A stretch of DNA of 60,746 nt, the filler included. It is 4 parts of 4 records of this genome, joined end to end, with 100 filler letters (N's around TTAATTAATTAA, not from the genome) between each part and the next. Parts side by side here need not be neighbours in the genome. Positions count along the whole stretch, not along the records: positions 13,387 to 30,516 come from DRR723986_6746; positions 30,617 to 44,828 come from DRR723986_6749; 2 more parts are not named here. The stretch is one strand, 5' to 3'. The notes below the pieces were generated by a model. The model did not search any database and was not told where the DNA came from. It was given only the letters and a program-made list of their open reading frames with translations. Shown piece after piece: positions 29,634-39,670 of the stretch. Made by a program: the position numbers and the translations under genes. Within the stretch, counting starts at the first letter, position 1, and every line of letters begins with the position of its first letter.

Positions 29634-30516
29634 TCAGGCACTGACCTTGACCACCAGCTTGCCGAAGTTGGCACCCCGGAACAGGCCAAAGAATGCCTCC
29701 GGCGCATTCTCCAGCCCCTCAACCACATCCTCGCGATAGCGCACCTTACCGTCGGCAACCCAGCCTGACATGTCGCGGATGAAATCCGGCACGCGCGCCG
29801 TGTGATCGCTGACGATAAAGCCCTGCATCTTGATCCGGCGGGTCAGGATCATACCCTGCAGCATACTCATCCGGTCGGGACCAGGCGGAAGCTCGGCCTG
29901 GTTGTAATGCGCAATCAGCCCGCACACGGGCACCCGGGCAAAGTTGTTGAGCAGCGGCATGACCGCCTCCCAGGAACTGCCACCGACGTTTTCGAAATAC
30001 ACGTCGATACCGTCCGGGCACGCGGCGGCCAGTTGTGCCGCCATGTCCGCATCGTAGTGACTCACGCAGGCGTCATAGCCCAGTTCCTGAACCGCGTACT
30101 CGCACTTTTCCGCGGCTCCGGCGATACCCACCACGCGACAGCCCTTCAACTTGGCGATCTGGCCAACCACCGAACCCACCGCACCGGTGGACGCGGCGAG
30201 CACCACAGTCTCTCCCGCCTTAGGCTCGCCAATGTCCAGCAGACCGACATAAGCCGTCAGACCCGGCATGCCCAATACACCCAGCGCATAGGAACTGGGT
30301 TTGATGCGCGGATCGACTTTCATGAGTCCGGCACCGTCGGCCACGGCGTATTCCTGCCAGCCACTGAAGGCCGACACCAGCTCGCCCTCGGCGAAGCCCG
30401 CATTACGTGATTTCACCACCCTTGATACGGTACCGCCGACCATGACCTCGCCCAACTCGACCCGGTCCGCGTAGCTGTCACCGGCATCCATGCGGCCGCG
30501 CATATAGGGATCCAGC
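29634..30516 (-). CDS. curA: NADP-dependent oxidoreductase (CurA/YncB, MDR); 5' truncated
   Basis: 'LGVLGMPGLTAY.GLL.IG', 'GAVGSVVGQIAK', 'GIDVYFENVGG', 'GANFGKLVVKV'. Confidence 0.88.
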
Positions 30517-30616
30517 NNNNNNNNNNNNNNNNNNNNNNNNNNNNNNNNNNNNNNNNNNNNTTAATTAATTAANNNNNNNNNNNNNNNNNNNNNNNNNNNN
30601 NNNNNNNNNNNNNNNN
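30517..30616. other. Artificial contig linker
   Basis: N44-TTAATTAATTAA-N44; switch from GC-rich to AT-rich sequence. Confidence 0.99.
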
Positions 30617-31035
30617 AAATATTTTGCATCTGCCACATCTATATAGTGTGGAGTTAAATCTATTCCTCCTCCAAACCAATATTCCCCATTTTCCATTTCA
30701 AAATAACGAATGTTCATGTGGATAATCGGAACCATTGGACTTTTTGGATGCAAAACTATAGATACGCCTGTAGCAAAAAAGTCAGTTTGATCTAAGTTTA
30801 GCTTTTTTAGAATTTTATCAGGGGTTGGCCCATGCACAGCCGAGAAAGCAACCCCGCCTTTTTCAATAATTTGTCCATTTTTAAAAATTCGGGTTCTACC
30901 GCCACCACCAGCTGGTCTTTCCCACTTGTCTTCGATAAACTTGCCAGATCCATCGGCTATTTCTAGTTGGCTACAGATGTAATCCTGAATTTGGCTGTAG
31001 ATTTCAGCTATTTCTTCTTTGCTCTTGCGTGACAT
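30617..31035 (-). CDS. hemF: Oxygen-dependent coproporphyrinogen III oxidase; 3' truncated
   Basis: 'GGGGRTR', 'EKGGVAFSAVHG', 'PIIHMNIRYF', 'WFGGGIDLTP'. Confidence 0.95.
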
Positions 31036-31054
31036 TTTTATTGTAATTCTTTTA

Positions 31055-33478
31055 TTAGAAAGGATAACCTATGCCAAAGTTAAGCACAGTTTGGCCTTTT
31101 AAACCAAAGAGTCTATTGAAGGATATATTATCCAACACATAGCGCTCTCCTTCAGGCATTGAGGGATCTACTGCTTTGGTAGCCAAGTCAAGCCTGATTA
31201 CCAAGAAATTGAAATCCATCCGTAAACCTACTCCAGCTCCCACTGCTATTTCTTTATAGAACCTATTAAATCTAAAATCAGATCCTGGACGCGAGCTATC
31301 AGTACCGATCATCCAAGCATTTCCTGCGTCGACAAAAACTGCTATATCGAAATATCCAGCCAAGTTTCTTCGATATTCCAACATAGTTTCAAAGATCATC
31401 TCTGAAGGTTGCTCGAAAGCATAATCATACCGTCCTTTTTCGCCTATAGGAGGTGTATAGCTTCCTGGACCTAATCGCCTCGCTTGCCAAGCTCTTATAC
31501 TTGTACCTCCACCTGCGAAAAAATACTTTTCGTACGGGAGAATTCCGCTACTCACTCCATAGGGGTTTGCTATTCCAAAATTAGCGCGATAAGCAATAGT
31601 AGACTTTTGGTTTAAGGGATAATATCTTCTGAAATCAGCTTGAAGTTTTAGCCATTGGAATCGGGCAAAATCAGTAGTTTCGTTATTGCTTGATGCGTTT
31701 ACAAAATTCAGAGTAGTTCCGCCACTTTCTACAAAGAGCTTGAGCAGCGACGCTTTATTGGTTGAATTATAGTTTCCATAATCATTGAAATTAATGATAG
31801 ACTGAGCAGATACGCTACTGATTAAAGATGGAAGAAAAGACCAGATTAGGTTGTTTCCCTGGTCTTCCAAATCCAGCAATACCTGCCCAAATTCATCAGA
31901 AATATTAGGTGTTCTAATGTAATTAATATCTGCAGCATTGATGGTGAACTGCTGTCTATTGCCTCGGGTAACCCAGGTATATGCGAGAAGTGCATTGAGA
32001 CCAGAACGGGTGTATTCCGGGCGATTAGTATAATTATAGCCAAGTTGGGTTCTAGTGTTTGGATTGTACTGTCCAAACTTCTGTAAGCTTATTCCATAAA
32101 ATGGAATAAGGAATCTTGGGAAAATAACAGAGGCAGATGCGCCAAATTCCTTACTTTGGTAAACTCCCTGATCTGTTGCTGATGCTACTCCTTCATAACC
32201 TATTCGTGCGTTGAACTCCAGAATTTCCCCCGCTCTAAAGAAATTTCTGTTTCTCAGCACAGTACTGAAGAATGGCCCGGGTAATTGCTCTGTGATGCTC
32301 AAACCTAGCTGATTGGTCAGCTGATATTTCTGATTAGGCTGAGTTAGGATCTTGGCCGTAAGACGCGTCCCAACAGTATCAAATGAAATGTTTATATACC
32401 TGAAGAGGTCAAGGTTACTTAACTGCTTTTGAGTTTCTACGATGTCTATTCGCTTGTAAATTTGCCCTTCATCAAACAATATTCTGGAGCTAAGGAGTTT
32501 TGTAGAAAAACGATCTCTATAAAATGTAAAGTCAATATCACGATAGTTTCGCTGGATTTTTTCATCCACAAACTCATCACTAGGCGGACTTATTTTGAAA
32601 GTGATTGAATCAACACTATAGACTTCATGCTTATCTGCAAATGAGGGCTTGAGGATCCGTTGCTCAACGTTAATTTTTTTGGAAGTTGTATCGTAATAGA
32701 GATTGTAATCGATAAAACTTTTTGTAAACATGTAATATCCATTGTTTTTGAAAAGCTCTTCAAGACGTGCTCTTTCTTTAGTGAAATTGCTTTGGTCGTA
32801 GCTATCTCCTTTTACTATAAATGATTTTGTGTTTGTTTCTCTGATCAAGGTTAATAAGCCTTCATTCACCGAGTTGGTATAAATCGAATCTAGTACGTAG
32901 GGTTCTTTTTCTTCCAGAATATATGTTACTGTCGCTTTTTTCTTTTTGGTCTCTACTTCAAAGGAGACTTGAGCATCCAAAAAACCTTTATTATAGAGGT
33001 AATTATCAATTTCTATTACCGTTTTTTTGGTTTCTGCACTATCAAGGATAGTCACCGGATTTCCTGTTCTCATTAGGAAATTGCCATATTCTTCCATTTT
33101 TTCCAGATCCTGAATTTTTGTCTGGACTTTATCTCGCTTTTTAATAAGCTTTCGATTTGTCTGTTCTTCATCAAGAGATGTTTTTATCTCTTGTAGTTCC
33201 GATTCTTTCAGCGCTAGTTTTGCTCTCACTTTCGCAGAATCGTAAAAGAGCTGACCAAATCTGTAAATACTCACCCCGAGGGAGGAATTGGTAAGTGGGA
33301 TTCTGGTATTAGGTTCTTGAAAAAATAAATTCTCAATTTCAAGATGATTAGCTTTCTGTACTCCCTTAAGCTCATTATTCTCAAGGACATACTTGCCCTC
33401 AGGCAAATTTTTGCTCAGCGAGCACGCATACATGGCCCAGAGGACACAGATAAAAAGTATATATTTGGTGAATTTCAA
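31055..33478 (-). CDS. tamL: Omp85-family lipoprotein TamL (BamA/TamA family)
   Basis: TTG start gives a lipoprotein signal '..LWAMYA-CS'; POTRA-like region; 'FAGG..SIRAW..R.LGPG', 'FVDAGN.W', terminal 'FGIGYPF'. Confidence 0.88.
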   Translation of the reverse strand: MKFTKYILFICVLWAMYACSLSKNLPEGKYVLENNELKGVQKANHLEIENLFFQEPNTRIPLTNSSLGVSIYRFGQLFYDSAKVRAKLALKESELQEIKTSLDEEQTNRKLIKKRDKVQTKIQDLEKMEEYGNFLMRTGNPVTILDSAETKKTVIEIDNYLYNKGFLDAQVSFEVETKKKKATVTYILEEKEPYVLDSIYTNSVNEGLLTLIRETNTKSFIVKGDSYDQSNFTKERARLEELFKNNGYYMFTKSFIDYNLYYDTTSKKINVEQRILKPSFADKHEVYSVDSITFKISPPSDEFVDEKIQRNYRDIDFTFYRDRFSTKLLSSRILFDEGQIYKRIDIVETQKQLSNLDLFRYINISFDTVGTRLTAKILTQPNQKYQLTNQLGLSITEQLPGPFFSTVLRNRNFFRAGEILEFNARIGYEGVASATDQGVYQSKEFGASASVIFPRFLIPFYGISLQKFGQYNPNTRTQLGYNYTNRPEYTRSGLNALLAYTWVTRGNRQQFTINAADINYIRTPNISDEFGQVLLDLEDQGNNLIWSFLPSLISSVSAQSIINFNDYGNYNSTNKASLLKLFVESGGTTLNFVNASSNNETTDFARFQWLKLQADFRRYYPLNQKSTIAYRANFGIANPYGVSSGILPYEKYFFAGGGTSIRAWQARRLGPGSYTPPIGEKGRYDYAFEQPSEMIFETMLEYRRNLAGYFDIAVFVDAGNAWMIGTDSSRPGSDFRFNRFYKEIAVGAGVGLRMDFNFLVIRLDLATKAVDPSMPEGERYVLDNISFNRLFGLKGQTVLNFGIGYPF

Positions 33479-33513
33479 AATGGCAGAGTCGATCCGAATG
33501 CTTAGCAAAAATA
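33460..33513. promoter_or_regulatory. Two Bacteroidota -7 promoter elements, each inside the opposite gene
   Basis: TATATTTG (+, 33460-33467) and TATTTTTG (-, 33506-33513), both matching TAnnTTTG. Confidence 0.55.
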
Positions 33514-34247
33514 CAGTTAAGTTTATTAAATCCTTACATCAAAAGAAATTCCGAAATCAGGAACAAAAGTTCTTTGTGGAAGGTGAAAAGAGTGTTGTAG
33601 AAGTATTGAACTCAGATTTCAGGCTGGACTTACTTGTGGCTACAGATTCATTCTTTGAAAAGTATAAAAGTCTCATCGGTAAGTCTGGCGTCCAGGTGAT
33701 TTTGGCTACTCAGAATCAACTTGAAACCCTAGGTCAATACCAAAGCAATGACAGTGCGCTAGCCGTAGTTCACATGAAAACAAACAGCGCTTTTGATTTC
33801 CCAAAGGGTAATTTCGTAATTGGCCTTGACGATGTGAGAGATCCAGGAAATCTCGGAACTATCATTAGAATTGCAGATTGGTATGGCATTAAAAATCTGG
33901 TTTTTTCTGACCAGACGGCTGATTTTTACAATCCTAAAGTAATCCAATCCAGCATGGGCTCTTTTACCCGAGTCAACTTTTTTTATGCGGATTTAAAAGC
34001 TGTTTTTAAGCAATGGAATATTCCTGTGTATGGAGCATTTTTGAACGGAAAAAATGTTCACCAAATGAATCAAATCCAGGAGGGAGTGATTTTGATGGGA
34101 AATGAATCAAACGGAATTTCTACAGAACTTGAAGCTGTAGTGACAGATAAGGTGACGATTCCGGGATTCGGTGAAACTGAGTCATTGAATGTAGCTATCG
34201 CTACCGCCATACTTTGCGATAATTTCAAGCGATTGTTAGTCAGATGA
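33498..34247 (+). CDS. TrmH/SpoU-family RNA methyltransferase
   Basis: 'LDDVRDPGNLGTIIR.ADW', 'MGNESNGI', 'ESLNVAIA'. Confidence 0.95.
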   Translation: MLSKNTVKFIKSLHQKKFRNQEQKFFVEGEKSVVEVLNSDFRLDLLVATDSFFEKYKSLIGKSGVQVILATQNQLETLGQYQSNDSALAVVHMKTNSAFDFPKGNFVIGLDDVRDPGNLGTIIRIADWYGIKNLVFSDQTADFYNPKVIQSSMGSFTRVNFFYADLKAVFKQWNIPVYGAFLNGKNVHQMNQIQEGVILMGNESNGISTELEAVVTDKVTIPGFGETESLNVAIATAILCDNFKRLLVR

Positions 34248-35239
34248 TTCAAAAGTTAGCCAGAACACTCAATAAAGTCGGAATTAACGGGTTTTTGCTA
34301 GGATTATTTGCCGCTATTTTCTTAGCATGGTTATTCCCCTTTGCAGGTTCTAATCAATCTCCAGTGCCTTGGAAACCTATCATCAATGTTGGAATAGGGT
34401 TGGTTTTCTTTTTTTACGGAGTGAAGCTTGATCCAGTACAGTTGGCTACCGGGTTAAAAAACTGGAAGCTACATGTACTCATTCAGCTCACCACCTTTGT
34501 GATTTTTCCATTGCTAGTGCTTGCTCTTTTGCCTTTTATGAGCTGGATAGACAAGGATTTTCAATTAGGAATTACTTACCTCTCCGTACTTCCATCCACA
34601 GTCAGTGCCTCGGTAGTGATGGTTTCTATTTCACATGGTAATATTCCGGGGGCTATTTTCAATGCCAGTATTTCCAGCCTGCTTGGAGTGGTAATTTCTC
34701 CAGCCTGGATGGGGATTCTGGCAGATTCCTCAGACATTGAAATGGATTTCTTGCCTACACTGGGAGAGCTTTCTGTGAAAGTCTTATTGCCGGTAATAGT
34801 AGGTGTATTTGCACATAGATGGCTTTTCCCAAAAATAGAGAAACATCTATCAGCATTGAAATACGTGGATCAGTCGGTCATCATGATCATCGTATTTACC
34901 TCTTTTGCACAGTCATTTTCTCAGGATGTCTTTTCGCCATACAAATCCAGCGTTTTGCTCGAGGTGGGAGCGACCATGCTTGGATTATTTTTCCTTGTAT
35001 GGGTGGTTATTGAAGTCTTGACGAGAATGCTGGGCTTTAGCTGGGAAGACCGGGTGACGGCATTATTTTGTGGCTCCAAAAAGTCACTTGTCCAAGGTGT
35101 AGTTATTGGGAAAGTGATTTTCCCAGATCCTGCTACGTTGGGTTTGGTTCTGCTTCCACTCATGTTGTATCACATTCAGCAACTAATTGCAGGTAGTATT
35201 ATCGCATCAAGATTTTCGAGAAAGGATACCACTTCTTGA
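34244..35239 (+). CDS. Bile acid:sodium symporter family (SBF-like) transporter
   Basis: Multi-TM; 'LPSTVSASVV', 'GN...AIFNASIS', 'FCGSKKSL', 'PLMLYH..QL'. Confidence 0.9.
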   Translation: MIQKLARTLNKVGINGFLLGLFAAIFLAWLFPFAGSNQSPVPWKPIINVGIGLVFFFYGVKLDPVQLATGLKNWKLHVLIQLTTFVIFPLLVLALLPFMSWIDKDFQLGITYLSVLPSTVSASVVMVSISHGNIPGAIFNASISSLLGVVISPAWMGILADSSDIEMDFLPTLGELSVKVLLPVIVGVFAHRWLFPKIEKHLSALKYVDQSVIMIIVFTSFAQSFSQDVFSPYKSSVLLEVGATMLGLFFLVWVVIEVLTRMLGFSWEDRVTALFCGSKKSLVQGVVIGKVIFPDPATLGLVLLPLMLYHIQQLIAGSIIASRFSRKDTTS

Positions 35240-35264
35240 AAATCTGCATTAGTCTAAGAACTAC

Positions 35265-35286
35265 AAAAGCCCAATTTCGGGCTTTT
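35265..35286. terminator. Bidirectional terminator
   Basis: AAAAGCCC-AATTTC-GGGCTTTT between convergent genes. Confidence 0.8.
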
Positions 35287-35290
35287 ATTG

Positions 35291-35551
35291 TTATGTATGT
35301 GTTTTTGAGAGTTGATCCACTAGTTGTACGTATTGATCAGCAGCTTCTTCCTTGGACTTACCTTTCATGTTCATCCAAGCATTGTACTTGGCAGCTGCTT
35401 TGAAGTCAAATCCACCAGGACGTTCTGTTTCATTGTCTCCTTCAGTAGCCTGCTTGTATAGGCCATAAAGCTTTAATAGCTCCTCGTTACTTGGTTTGGA
35501 AGTGAATTTTTTTGTTGCTGCTACGGCTTCTTCAAAGGTATTGCTAGACAT
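35291..35551 (-). CDS. Acyl-CoA-binding protein
   Basis: 'PSNEELLKLYGLYKQATEGD', 'AKYNAW...KG.SKEEA..QY'; TAAATTTG promoter element at 35582-35589. Confidence 0.95.
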   Translation of the reverse strand: MSSNTFEEAVAATKKFTSKPSNEELLKLYGLYKQATEGDNETERPGGFDFKAAAKYNAWMNMKGKSKEEAADQYVQLVDQLSKTHT

Positions 35552-35625
35552 TTCTATAGTGTTTGGTTAGGGGTGAAAGCCCAAATTTAATACCAGTTGT
35601 TAATTTGCAGCTATACTTGCATATA

Positions 35626-35662
35626 AATAAAATAACCAGCTGATTCAGCTGGTTATTTTATT
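35626..35662 (-). terminator. Long palindromic terminator after gltA
   Basis: AATAAAATAACCAGCTGA-T-TCAGCTGGTTATTTTATT, 18-bp arms. Confidence 0.8.
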
Positions 35663-35685
35663 GAGTTGGGGAAGGTATTCTACGA

Positions 35686-36972
35686 TTAACGCTTATTCAT
35701 TGATACGTAGTCACGCTCATTTTCTCCAGTATATACCTGTCTTGGACGACCGATTGGTTCACCATTTTCACGCATTTCTTTCCACTGGGCGATCCAGCCT
35801 GGAAGTCTGCCTAGTGCAAACATCACTGTGAACATGTCTGTTGGGATACCAAGCGCTCTGTAGATAATTCCTGAGTAGAAATCAACGTTTGGATACAACT
35901 GACGATCGATGAAGTATTGGTCATTCAATGCTGCTTGCTCCAGCTCTTTGGCTATATCCAAAACTGGATCATTAACACCTAATTTTTCCAATACATCATC
36001 AGCTGCTTTCTTGATGATTTTTGCTCTTGGATCGAAGTTCTTGTAAACTCTGTGACCAAAGCCCATCAATCTGAATGGATCATTTTTGTCTTTAGCTTTG
36101 TCAAGATACTTCTTCGCGTCTCCACCATCTGCTTTGATCGCTTCCAGCATTTCGATTACAGATTGGTTTGCTCCACCATGAAGCGGACCCCATAGCGCAT
36201 TGATACCTGCAGAAATAGAAGCGTAGATACTAGCCTGAGAAGAACCAACAATTCTAACGGTAGAAGTGGAGCAATTCTGCTCGTGATCTGCGTGAAGAAT
36301 CAAAAGTTTGTCTAATGCTGATGCTACTACTGGATCTACGTCATACTTTTCAGCAGGAAGCGCAAACATCATTTTCAGGAAGTTTGAACAATAGTCCAAT
36401 GCATTGTCTGGATAGTTTACCGGATGACCCATTTCGTTTTTGTATGCCCATGCTGCAAAAGTTGGCATCTTTGCGATCAAACGAATAATGCTCAAGTTTA
36501 CTTCCTCTTCGGTTCTATTAGGATTCAACGAATCAGGATAGAACGCCGTAAGTGCACAAATCATGGAAGAAAGCACGCCCATTGGGTGAGCATTGGACGG
36601 GAATCCCTCAAGAATCTTTTTAATGTCCTCGTGAACTAGTGTGTGATGTGTGATTTCTTTTGAGAAACTTTCATACTGAGCTTGAGTAGGGAGTTCTCCA
36701 TAAATCAATAAATAAGAAACCTCAAGGAAGGTGGATTTCTCCGCCAGATCCTCAATTCTGTAACCTCTGTAGCGAAGAATTCCTTCTTCACCATCCAAAA
36801 AAGTAATGGCGCTTTTTGTAGCTCCTGTGTTTTTGTATCCCGGGTCTAGGGTGATAAGACCTGAGGATGCTCTAAGTTTTGCGATATCAATCGCTGATTC
36901 ATTTTCTGTTCCGGTGATTACCGGGAATTCATAGTCTTGTCCTTTGAAAGAAAGCTTAGCTGATTCAGACAT
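35686..36972 (-). CDS. gltA: Citrate synthase (type II)
   Basis: 'ILHADHEQNCST', 'LWGPLHGGAN', 'LMGFGHRVYKNFDPRA', 'YPNVDFYSG'. Confidence 0.98.
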   Translation of the reverse strand: MSESAKLSFKGQDYEFPVITGTENESAIDIAKLRASSGLITLDPGYKNTGATKSAITFLDGEEGILRYRGYRIEDLAEKSTFLEVSYLLIYGELPTQAQYESFSKEITHHTLVHEDIKKILEGFPSNAHPMGVLSSMICALTAFYPDSLNPNRTEEEVNLSIIRLIAKMPTFAAWAYKNEMGHPVNYPDNALDYCSNFLKMMFALPAEKYDVDPVVASALDKLLILHADHEQNCSTSTVRIVGSSQASIYASISAGINALWGPLHGGANQSVIEMLEAIKADGGDAKKYLDKAKDKNDPFRLMGFGHRVYKNFDPRAKIIKKAADDVLEKLGVNDPVLDIAKELEQAALNDQYFIDRQLYPNVDFYSGIIYRALGIPTDMFTVMFALGRLPGWIAQWKEMRENGEPIGRPRQVYTGENERDYVSMNKR

Positions 36973-37187
36973 ATAATTATTGTTTGGATTGCGTATTTTA
37001 AAAAACCTCGAATTAGGGTCGTAAGATAATAAAATCAGGTAGTTTTTTGGCGGTGAAAATAGCTTGGTGGAATAATATTCCTGTGAAAGTGAAAGAAATT
37101 TTAAGAAATTCTATCGATTTACTATTAAACCTCCAATAAGTCTAGTTTGTTTCTAGTGTTTGTACCTGATTATTGAAATTCAGGAAT

Positions 37188-37213
37188 AAAAAAAGCCCCG
37201 AAGGGCTATTTTT
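37188..37213 (-). terminator. Terminator of the suf-brx operon
   Basis: Minus strand AGCCC-TTCG-GGGCT followed by a T run. Confidence 0.85.
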
Positions 37214-37216
37214 ATA

Positions 37217-37639
37217 TTATGCGCAGAAATGCTCGAATACTTCAACCAAGTGGTCGCCGATCATTTTTGCGTTTCTACCTTCAATATGGTGACGCTCGAT
37301 GAAGTGAACCAATTCCCCGTCTTTGAATAGTGCCATTGCTGGAGAAGATGGAGGGTAAGGAAGACAAAGCTCTCTTAGTTTTTCCACTGCATCTCTGTCG
37401 TTTCCTGCAAAAACGGTAGCAAGTGTAGTTGGTTTTACGGGTGAATTCTCTACCGCATAAGTTACTCCTGGTCTTGCAGCTCCTGCCGCGCAACCGCAAA
37501 CTGAATTCACTACAACAAGGGTAGTACCTTTATGGTCTGGACCAAGATGCGTTGCAACTTGCTCAGCTGTTCTGAACTCTTCAAATCCTACGCTGGAAAG
37601 TTCCGCTCTCATTGGAGCGATCAATTCTTCTGGATACAT
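37217..37639 (-). CDS. BrxA/BrxB (YphP) bacilliredoxin
   Basis: 'VVNSVCGCAAGAARPG', 'TVFAG.D', 'PPSSP.MALFKDG', 'RHHIEG'. Confidence 0.93.
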   Translation of the reverse strand: MYPEELIAPMRAELSSVGFEEFRTAEQVATHLGPDHKGTTLVVVNSVCGCAAGAARPGVTYAVENSPVKPTTLATVFAGNDRDAVEKLRELCLPYPPSSPAMALFKDGELVHFIERHHIEGRNAKMIGDHLVEVFEHFCA

Positions 37640-37666
37640 AATATTACTAGTTTATATAGTTCTTAA

Positions 37667-38011
37667 TTAAAGAAAGCCCAATTCAAGTTTGGCTGCTTCA
37701 GACATCATATCCTGAGAATAAGGTGGGTCAAAGGTTAGTTCAATCTCCACATTATTGATTCCCTGAATCTGCTGGATTTTATCCTTGATCTCTGAAGGGA
37801 TAAATTCCGCAGAAGGACAATTAGGCGATGTCAATGTCATCAACACATATACATTATTTACGGGGTAAACTGTGATCTCATAGATCAATCCTAAGTCGTA
37901 CACGTCCACAGGAATCTCCGGATCATAAACCAACTTAATGGCTTGGATCACTTTTTCCTTTAGGTTTTCTATTTGTCCTACTGATGTTTCCGTTTTACTT
38001 TCTGTTGACAT
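37667..38011 (-). CDS. sufT: SUF system Fe-S assembly protein (DUF59/SufT)
   Basis: 'VYDPEIPVDVYDLGLIY', 'MTLTSPNCP', 'FDPP...MMSEAAKLELG'. Confidence 0.9.
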   Translation of the reverse strand: MSTESKTETSVGQIENLKEKVIQAIKLVYDPEIPVDVYDLGLIYEITVYPVNNVYVLMTLTSPNCPSAEFIPSEIKDKIQQIQGINNVEIELTFDPPYSQDMMSEAAKLELGFL

Positions 38012-38015
38012 ACTA

Positions 38016-38447
38016 TCAGGCATTTTGCTTGGTTTGAATAGCCAAAGCGTATAGTTTTATTTGCTTGATCATCGAGGCAAATCCATTTGAACGCTGACTT
38101 CCGATGATAGAGCCCATTCCGATTCTCTCTACGAAATTTAGTTCCGCCTTGATAATCTCTTCTGGGCTACGATAGTTCAATACTCTCAATAAAAGTGAGA
38201 TCAATCCTTTGGTAATATCTGTGTTGGAATCAGCTTGGAAATGTACTTTTCCATCTTTCTCATCCGCAATCAACCATACTTTGGATTGGCAACCTTTGAT
38301 GGTATTTTCCTCGATTCTCTCATTTTCAGGGAAATCTTCCAGGCTTCCACCCAGCTCCATGATGTAATAAATCGTGGATTCTTTGTCATCCCCAAGGATT
38401 TCAAATTCCGAAACTATCTCATCTTGAACTTCCTGAATACTGCTCAT
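38016..38447 (-). CDS. sufE: Sulfur acceptor SufE
   Basis: 'IKGCQSKVWL', 'ADS...ITKGLI', 'QRSNG'. Confidence 0.93.
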   Translation of the reverse strand: MSSIQEVQDEIVSEFEILGDDKESTIYYIMELGGSLEDFPENERIEENTIKGCQSKVWLIADEKDGKVHFQADSNTDITKGLISLLLRVLNYRSPEEIIKAELNFVERIGMGSIIGSQRSNGFASMIKQIKLYALAIQTKQNA

Positions 38448-39667
38448 TTATTTTTAATTCTGGCAATTCGGCTTAGGCCTTCTGCCAATTTATCTATTTC
38501 TGATTTCGAGTTATAAACCGAGAAAGAGGCTCTCACAGTTCCCTCCAGTCCCAATCTTTTCATCAATGGCTGCGTACAGTGATGACCAGTTCTTACCGCT
38601 ATTCCATTAGCATCGAGCATCATTCCTACATCGTAAGGATGCATTGCATTGATATTGAATGAGAGTACACTAACTTTTTCCTTTGCTGTTCCTACAGGGA
38701 CAAAGCCCTTGATTTGGGACAGTTGTTCGTTCGCATAGCTAAGTAGCTCGTCTTCATGTGCTCTAATAGCATCTTTACCTAGTTCGTTGATAAAGTCAAT
38801 AGCTGCTTTGAAAGCGATGACATCGCCAATATTTGGAGTGCCGGCTTCGAATTTGAAAGGGATTTCATTGTAAGTGGTCTTTTCAAACGTCACTTCTTTG
38901 ATCATCTCTCCACCACCTTGATAAGGAGGCATACTTTCAAATACTTCTCTTTTTCCATATAGACAGCCTAGTCCTGTAGGCCCATAAAGCTTATGTGCTG
39001 AGAAAGCGAAGAAATCACAATTCAATGCCTGTACATCGATCCGTAAGTGACTGGAACTTTGCGCTCCGTCCAATAAAACTTTTGCTCCAACAGCATGGGC
39101 TGCATCAATTACCTGCTTGACAGGATTGATGGTTCCCAACGCATTTGATGCATGAACGATACTCACCAATTTGGTCTTAGGAGAAAGTAGTTTTTCGAAT
39201 TCTTCGAAAAGAATTTCCCCAGCCTCGTTGATAGGAATTACTTTTAAAATAGCTCCTTTTTCCTCGCAAAGCATTTGCCAAGGCACAATGTTGGAGTGAT
39301 GCTCCAATGTAGAAATGATGATCTCGTCACCTTTTTCCACGAATTTTCTCCCAAAAGTAGAAGCTGCCAAGTTGATGCCTTCTGTAGTTCCCTTAGTGAA
39401 AATGACCTCTGCAGCTTCGCGGGCATTTATAAAATGCTGAATAGCTTCTCGGGTTTCTTCGAAATAACGAGTTGCTCGATCAGCTAGCGCATGAGCTCCG
39501 CGGTGAATGTTTGAATTATCATGCTGATAATAATTCGTCAGTGCATCAAGTACAGCTTGAGGCTTTTGAGTTGTAGCGGCATTATCAAAATAGACCAAAG
39601 GTTTGCCATGCACTTCTTGATGAAGCACGGGGAACAAACCTCTGATTTTTTCTATGTCTAATCCCAT
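38444..39667 (-). CDS. sufS: Cysteine desulfurase SufS
   Basis: 'YFDNAATTQKP', 'EHHSNIVPWQ', 'SAHKLYGP', 'RTGHHCTQP'. Confidence 0.97.
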   Translation of the reverse strand: MGLDIEKIRGLFPVLHQEVHGKPLVYFDNAATTQKPQAVLDALTNYYQHDNSNIHRGAHALADRATRYFEETREAIQHFINAREAAEVIFTKGTTEGINLAASTFGRKFVEKGDEIIISTLEHHSNIVPWQMLCEEKGAILKVIPINEAGEILFEEFEKLLSPKTKLVSIVHASNALGTINPVKQVIDAAHAVGAKVLLDGAQSSSHLRIDVQALNCDFFAFSAHKLYGPTGLGCLYGKREVFESMPPYQGGGEMIKEVTFEKTTYNEIPFKFEAGTPNIGDVIAFKAAIDFINELGKDAIRAHEDELLSYANEQLSQIKGFVPVGTAKEKVSVLSFNINAMHPYDVGMMLDANGIAVRTGHHCTQPLMKRLGLEGTVRASFSVYNSKSEIDKLAEGLSRIARIKNK

Positions 39668-39670
39668 TTC

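Noticed and set aside
35626-35662. 37-bp palindrome as a MITE or REP
   Set aside because: Single copy in the window, located just after the gltA stop; a terminator explains it
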